NCBI RefSeq assembly: GCF_001186125.1
Contig: NW_014039808.1
Coordinates: forward strand, 1 to 33,504
DNA: 33,504 nt
Direction: 5' to 3'
Source: Sphaeroforma arctica JP610
Lineage: Eukaryota
Shown: in pieces, positions 28,901 through 33,504 of the stretch
How positions within the stretch are numbered: the stretch's first letter is position 1
How the letters are laid out: every line of letters begins with the position of its first letter
Translations under genes and position numbers: made by a program
The notes under the pieces: model-generated
Seen by the model: only the letters and a program-made list of their open reading frames with translations
Database searches by the model: none
What the model was told of the DNA's origin: nothing

Positions 28901-30806
28901 ATGTCACAGGCGAGTATGGAGAGAGTGCTGTCACAGCGGCATATGGCAATGGGGTAACAGCCGTACCACCACCACAGCAGAGGTCTTCTGCTATGCATGC
29001 GGAAGCGGTAGGTGTTGATATGTCTTTTCGCATTGGAGGTCTTTGAATGTACTTTTTAAGAGTACCACGGGTTGTGGTTAGGCATGCTTCTTTTCTGCTC
29101 TTGATATGGTCTCAGTGTATGTTTCACTCTGACACTTAAATTCGTGAGCATGGGACACGAAGTACACGGACGCATGTTTGCGGGTTTTCTGATGATCTAT
29201 TCGTCCTGTGTGCTGAAATGTAGGACGTGGCTGTTTATCATCACTAACCACAGCCTTCGGTTACACGCAGTTCCGTCACTTGGAGGGCAGAGGCCACAGG
29301 CGGACTGACTTTCCCGCAGACATGAATATCATAGGTAAGAACATCTCAGAATATTACAGTGACATATGCGGCATTGCAGCATTGACTTTCACTGCTTATA
29401 TGTTGGCATTCACATGCTCGAACGTTCTGTACTCTACTTTGAGTGTTAGGCTCGCAATCTTTGTCAAATCGAGAACATATGTGTTCGTAGAGTTGGATTA
29501 GGCCTCTATGAGAAAGTGTGTTTCCACGGCCGGTTTTCGTGCGCTTCATGTTTCCAGAGGGTGTTGTCATAGTCATTTGAATATCAACTTATTTGCTTCT
29601 CCGAGTCTAATTGCCTAAACATTCCGGTCACATCTGCGTATATCTAAGCAAACGTGTATCAGCAGATATCCAATATCTGTTGATAGCTACTATCTAACAC
29701 ATCCGAATACTTCTATTCCATATATCCGGATGATGTTGTCAGATTACTTCGTAGTCCTGATTCTGACAAACGATATTTCATATTATTTCTTATGGTAGAC
29801 GTGAACGCTAGCAGCGTGGCCGGTGACACCGATCGATGGGCCAACGACTACAACACCAGCCAGCCGGAGACGCCCATGGTGTCGCTTGCGGTACGTGTGC
29901 GTGCCTATAGACCACGTGTGCATTTATGAAACCAATGAGCTTGCTTGTATATACACGTGATGCCCTATAGATATCGTGTGCTGATGGTAATATTTGCTAC
30001 ATTTGTCTGCGCTTGTTCTGGTTCAGACTTCACCCGTCGGTGTATTTGTAGCTGACATCAGGGCTACTAATAAGTACCTACCAATGAGTACCTTTCGGCG
30101 CGTCTATTGCGAAGTATATAATATATGGAGCATGCCTTGTTATACGTGTGGTATTAACCTGGAATAGGAATGTGCATGTACCTACAGGTTATTGAAGCGT
30201 CTGTGCATAGATACTCAAACGATTAATCGCATGTCTGACCATTTCAACCCGATTGGCTCTGACCTTGTCCTATATCGCATACCCGTGCTTATGCACACAA
30301 TCGGCAGCTCCCCGAAATGTGTACATGTAATCTTTATCGAAGCAAAGATATGCCTGAATTCCGTCGCTAATTATACATAATTTTTTTAAATGTAGGAGAT
30401 GAATGCTGACGCGCGGAACAAGGGCAAGACGAAGCAGAAGAATCAGATCACACATCTTGCGGCCCATGCCAAAGCTAACAAACAGCAACTGGAAGCAAGG
30501 TAGGTGGTGCCTACAATGTACTGGACACGCTCTTTACCGAAGTATAGGCTGCATTAGGCAACACCTACAATAGCACCAGAGGAGGCAGAATAGAGCTCTA
30601 TATCTGACACTATACACTCCATTGCAGTCATAGGGAATGTATTGCTTGGTCATCGGGTACGCCTGTCTCACTCCTATATTTACGAAATGTGCCTTTGTGT
30701 ACAGCCTTGCATGCTCTCATATACTGTGAATCGTTGTCGCTTCTTATACAGATGGGCTAGTCAGCGCGGGGCAATGCAGGGGCAATCGAAAAAGTACGGG
30801 TTCTGA
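25107..30806 (+). CDS. PRCC: Proline-rich protein PRCC homologue (MAD2B-interacting, spliceosome-associated), ~339 aa, 11 exons: join(25107-25164,26313-26380,26779-26880,27313-27413,27833-27936,28182-28261,28816-29007,29271-29334,29799-29890,30396-30499,30752-30806)
   Basis: The N-terminus MPLVDYGASSDSDS resembles the PRCC start (MSLVAYASSDES). Internal GLFSMLPAPK and FRHLEGRG...MNIIDVN motifs are present. The C-terminus KQKNQITHLAAHAKANKQQLEARWASQRGAMQGQSKKYGF* matches the conserved PRCC end (RKHQITYL...AK..E.EL...W.......Q.KYGF). All introns are GT-AG and phase-consistent (total 1020 nt). Confidence 0.9.
25653..25977. repeat. (TA)n microsatellite flanking assembly gap 25708-25872
   Basis: Direct observation. 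Confidence 0.9.
28846..28947 (+). repeat. 27-nt (9-aa) coding repeats in PRCC exon 7 (DVAGAYGDD/DVTGAYGDG/DVTGEYGES/AVTAAYG)
   Basis: Translation of the spliced exon; a related DVVGAY ends exon 6. Confidence 0.75.
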
Positions 30807-32535
30807 GGGTTACCTGGCTGCCTGCTTCGCGTGCTTTCGTATCGAAGCACACCCACCTCCGCTATGGAGTCACTCTCATGCACACACGACGCGTACTTTG
30901 TCATATGCTATACGGAATTATCCCAGATACACGAGAAGGATAGCTCAAGTTTGCCGCAGTAATCGGCGCATGTGTAGGGCAGTGTGCTGGGCTATTAAGC
31001 ACGCACTTGCTTCTTTATAGTGTTTGAGGACATGGGCATCCCGTTGGTCGGTTTCTGGGGCAACAAACCTTGCCGACGGCTTCACGTGGACTTGTGGAAT
31101 GTGTCATTGTGCATATACTGTTCCAACATACTAGAGCATTGAGGTAGCAGGGTGAAGGACAGAGGGTTGCAGCTACTGCTAATTGGCAAGTCTTGTTTGC
31201 AGTAGGCTTGAAACACTCGCAAACATTCTCAATCTAAATGCAAATGAAATCAGCGCAGCGTCATGCTCATGTGCAAGGCCTGAATCTATTATATATACAT
31301 ACCACATATACATACCACATTGCCCTGCAAACGGAGTTGAGATATGTTGTTTGGTTACAGGAATTTACCACATGCAGTTAGCATCGATTGCTGCAACAGG
31401 ACACCCTCGTCAAGGATGATGAAGTCTAACATCGGTCACGACCTGCACACAGACACGACATTGAACTCAGACGGCACTCGGTAGGAAATAATAGAGTGGC
31501 TGTGTGCACATCGCAAATCATGTGGAAACACTCAGCGGTGCTGTAAACCAAACTGCAACGATCTCCGCACGCGCTATCGCTTACAATAATGACCATGCAA
31601 TCTCCGACGATTGGTGCTATTCAATCAAGGCCTGCTTAGGCGAGTAGTCCTCCTACAGAATATCACCGAAAGCTTGAGGCATGGTAACTTGTTATAACTC
31701 GTCAGTTTTGACGCGGTGGCATCTTGCCATTAATAGAAGTGTGCGATGTACATTATATTTTGGTACCACGGCAAAGGAAGTACCGGAATGGTGCCTGTCG
31801 CTTCTGTGGCGACAGGCACCGGTTGAATTCTGCCTTCGCGGAACCCCCGCTATTTAATATGCGGAAGCTGAGCTTTTACGCGTTGTTGGCTGTGCTATTC
31901 TCGGACGCGACCGTGCCTGACATACAGTAAGTGACATAACAATAAAGGCTCTGAAGGCATTGACCAATACCAAGCAGGCAAGCGCCAGCTGTACTGTTTG
32001 AGCATACTTGGCATACGGGTTAAGATATCGCCATTGTACGTTGGAGACGGAAGTCACCCTGAACCTTGTACGAGATAACAGTTAGTACTAAAACCTTACC
32101 AATTGAGACGCGAGAAAACTATTAAAATCTCACATCTGTTGTCTACAAACCATCCTGCATTCATATTAAATATCTTTTTGTGTGTAAATGACTTGCACAC
32201 ACACAAAAATCAAGGTACGTGTTCTACTTATCTGTACTCTTTGTCGGTACACATGTATGGATGCAAGACGGTCAGCTACGAACCCACCACATAGTAGAGC
32301 GTATAAGCATGCAAATGGGCAGTAAAGCGAGTGTCCTGAGAATTCAGTACGGAAGATACTCCATTCGAAGTACACACGGTACACATACAACGTCTAAACG
32401 TGAACGAGGAAGGAAAACAACCCATATAAGCTACCGACCCCACAAATTGCATTCATTTGGCCCCTTCTTCCGCCTCGCATCTGCAGCACACACGCGCTTG
32501 TACATGTGTTTCGGATTGGCTGTATTACTACGAGA

Positions 32536-32802
32536 TCCGTACTAACGTTAGTCTCCGTACTAACGTTAGTCTCCGTACTAACGTTAGTCTCCGTACTAAC
32601 GTTAGTCTCCGTACTAACGTTGGTCTCCGTACTTACATTGGTCTCCGTACTAACGTTGGTCTCCGTACTAACGTTGGTCTCCGTATTAACGTTAGTCTCC
32701 GTACTAACGTTAGTCTCCGTACTAACGTTGGTCTCCGTACTTACATTGGTCTCCGTACTAACGTTGGTCTCCGTATTAACGTTGGTCTCCGTACTAACGT
32801 TA
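32536..32802. repeat. 18-bp tandem repeat (ctccgtactaacgtt[a/g]gt), about 15 copies
   Basis: Directly visible. It translates as (NVSTET)n on - and (SVLTLV)n on +. The A-variant units contain the 12-bp palindrome ACTAACGTTAGT. Confidence 0.97.
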
Positions 32803-33221
32803 ATCCTAGTGCACAATTGGTGATATTCTTTCTTCAAACCAGATTTGCTACAGAAGTGCTGCGAATAGCTGCGTCTCGACGACGAGCAGGGCGGAAAGCC
32901 AAATCGCCTACATTTACTAATGATCTGTGTTGGCACTTCTCCTAGAATACAACATTAACCATCGTCTACAGACTTGTTTCACTATACAGTAGCGCTGAAC
33001 ACAACATAGTCGTCGTGCGCATATAGCGCCCTACTGTACGTGTGACAAACTGCACGTAAATACAAACGCACTAACCAGGGGTCCCAGTGACATGTTTTGT
33101 ACAGCACATTTATTTATTTACTACATACTTCGCCTGTGACACCCCCATAACAAAATATAAATATAGCCACGTCATGGATATTCCAGTCACAAAATCTGTA
33201 CTGAAAACTTGATCCCATTTT

Positions 33222-33352
33222 CTATCGTGTCATGATTTGGGCTACATGTGGGGCCAGAAATCTGGCGGTTTCCACAGCGGCAACCAGGGCTGTGCGGCGG
33301 TTCTTTGCACCTGCCACCAGCGCAACCCCACTCGTAACAGGTGGGTCTGAAC
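33222..33352 (-). CDS. Probable terminal exon of an unidentified gene extending beyond the window (..SDPPVTSGVALVAGAKNRRTALVAAVETARFLAPHVAQIMTR*)
   Basis: On the - strand, CTAAC-(AC)n-CAG forms an acceptor at 33354-33353. A GC-rich open frame (phase 1) runs to TAG at 33224-33222, and AATAAA occurs on the - strand at 33109-33118. No family was recognised. Confidence 0.4.
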
Positions 33353-33504
33353 CTGTGTGTGTGTGTTAGATGGGTCTGAACCTGTGTGTGTGTGTTAGAT
33401 GGGTCTGAACCTGTGTGTGTGTGTTAGATGGGTCTGAACCTGTGTGTGTGTGTTAGATGGGTCTGAACCTGTGTGTGTGTGTAGTAGAGTGGGTCTGAAC
33501 CTGT
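33343..33504. repeat. 29-bp tandem repeat (gggtctgaacctgtgtgtgtgtgttagat), at least 5 copies, running off the window end
   Basis: Unit starts at 33343, 33372, 33401, 33430, 33459 and (variant spacing) 33491. Confidence 0.95.

Noticed and set aside
28583..28957. 124-aa ORF with Met-rich repeats
   Set aside because: It is an off-frame reading of PRCC exon 7; the spliced frame gives the DVxGAYG repeats.
31875..32100. Possible small - strand exons (GTVASENSTANNA*) and a ~41-nt GTAAGG..TACTAAC..CAG mini-intron
   Set aside because: They could not be joined into a consistent, recognisable reading frame; splice-like motifs alone are insufficient.
33190..33345. Alternative - frame CYEWGCAGGRCKEPPHSPGCRCGNRQIS resembling a pre-SET/AWS Cys cluster
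   Set aside because: No SET domain follows, and the frame closes shortly afterwards.

Overview
This is eukaryotic, intron-rich draft-assembly DNA with GT-AG introns, CTAAC/CTAAT-like branch points, (TA)n/(CA)n microsatellites and N gaps. The overall style fits a unicellular opisthokont such as an ichthyosporean, but that is an unverified inference. Three multi-exon genes can be spliced by hand with fully consistent intron phases. (1) A 17-exon + strand gene (296-16557, ~1694 aa) combines a cyclic-nucleotide-binding domain, a long disordered linker, an F-box and Cys-containing LRRs. (2) A 6-exon - strand gene (24701-19212, ~464 aa) encodes a bacterial-type M23 Zn-metallopeptidase with no signal peptide. 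(3) An 11-exon + strand PRCC homologue (25107-30806, ~339 aa) is transcribed divergently from the M23 gene across 405 bp. A probable terminal exon of a fourth gene lies at 33352-33222 (-). The most unusual non-gene feature is an 18-copy, 59-bp array whose unit is the M23 gene's own last codons, stop codon and start of the 3'UTR; many copies carry AATAAA/ATTAAA. Several other tandem repeats are also seeded exactly at splice sites. No CRISPR array, tRNA or rRNA was recognised.
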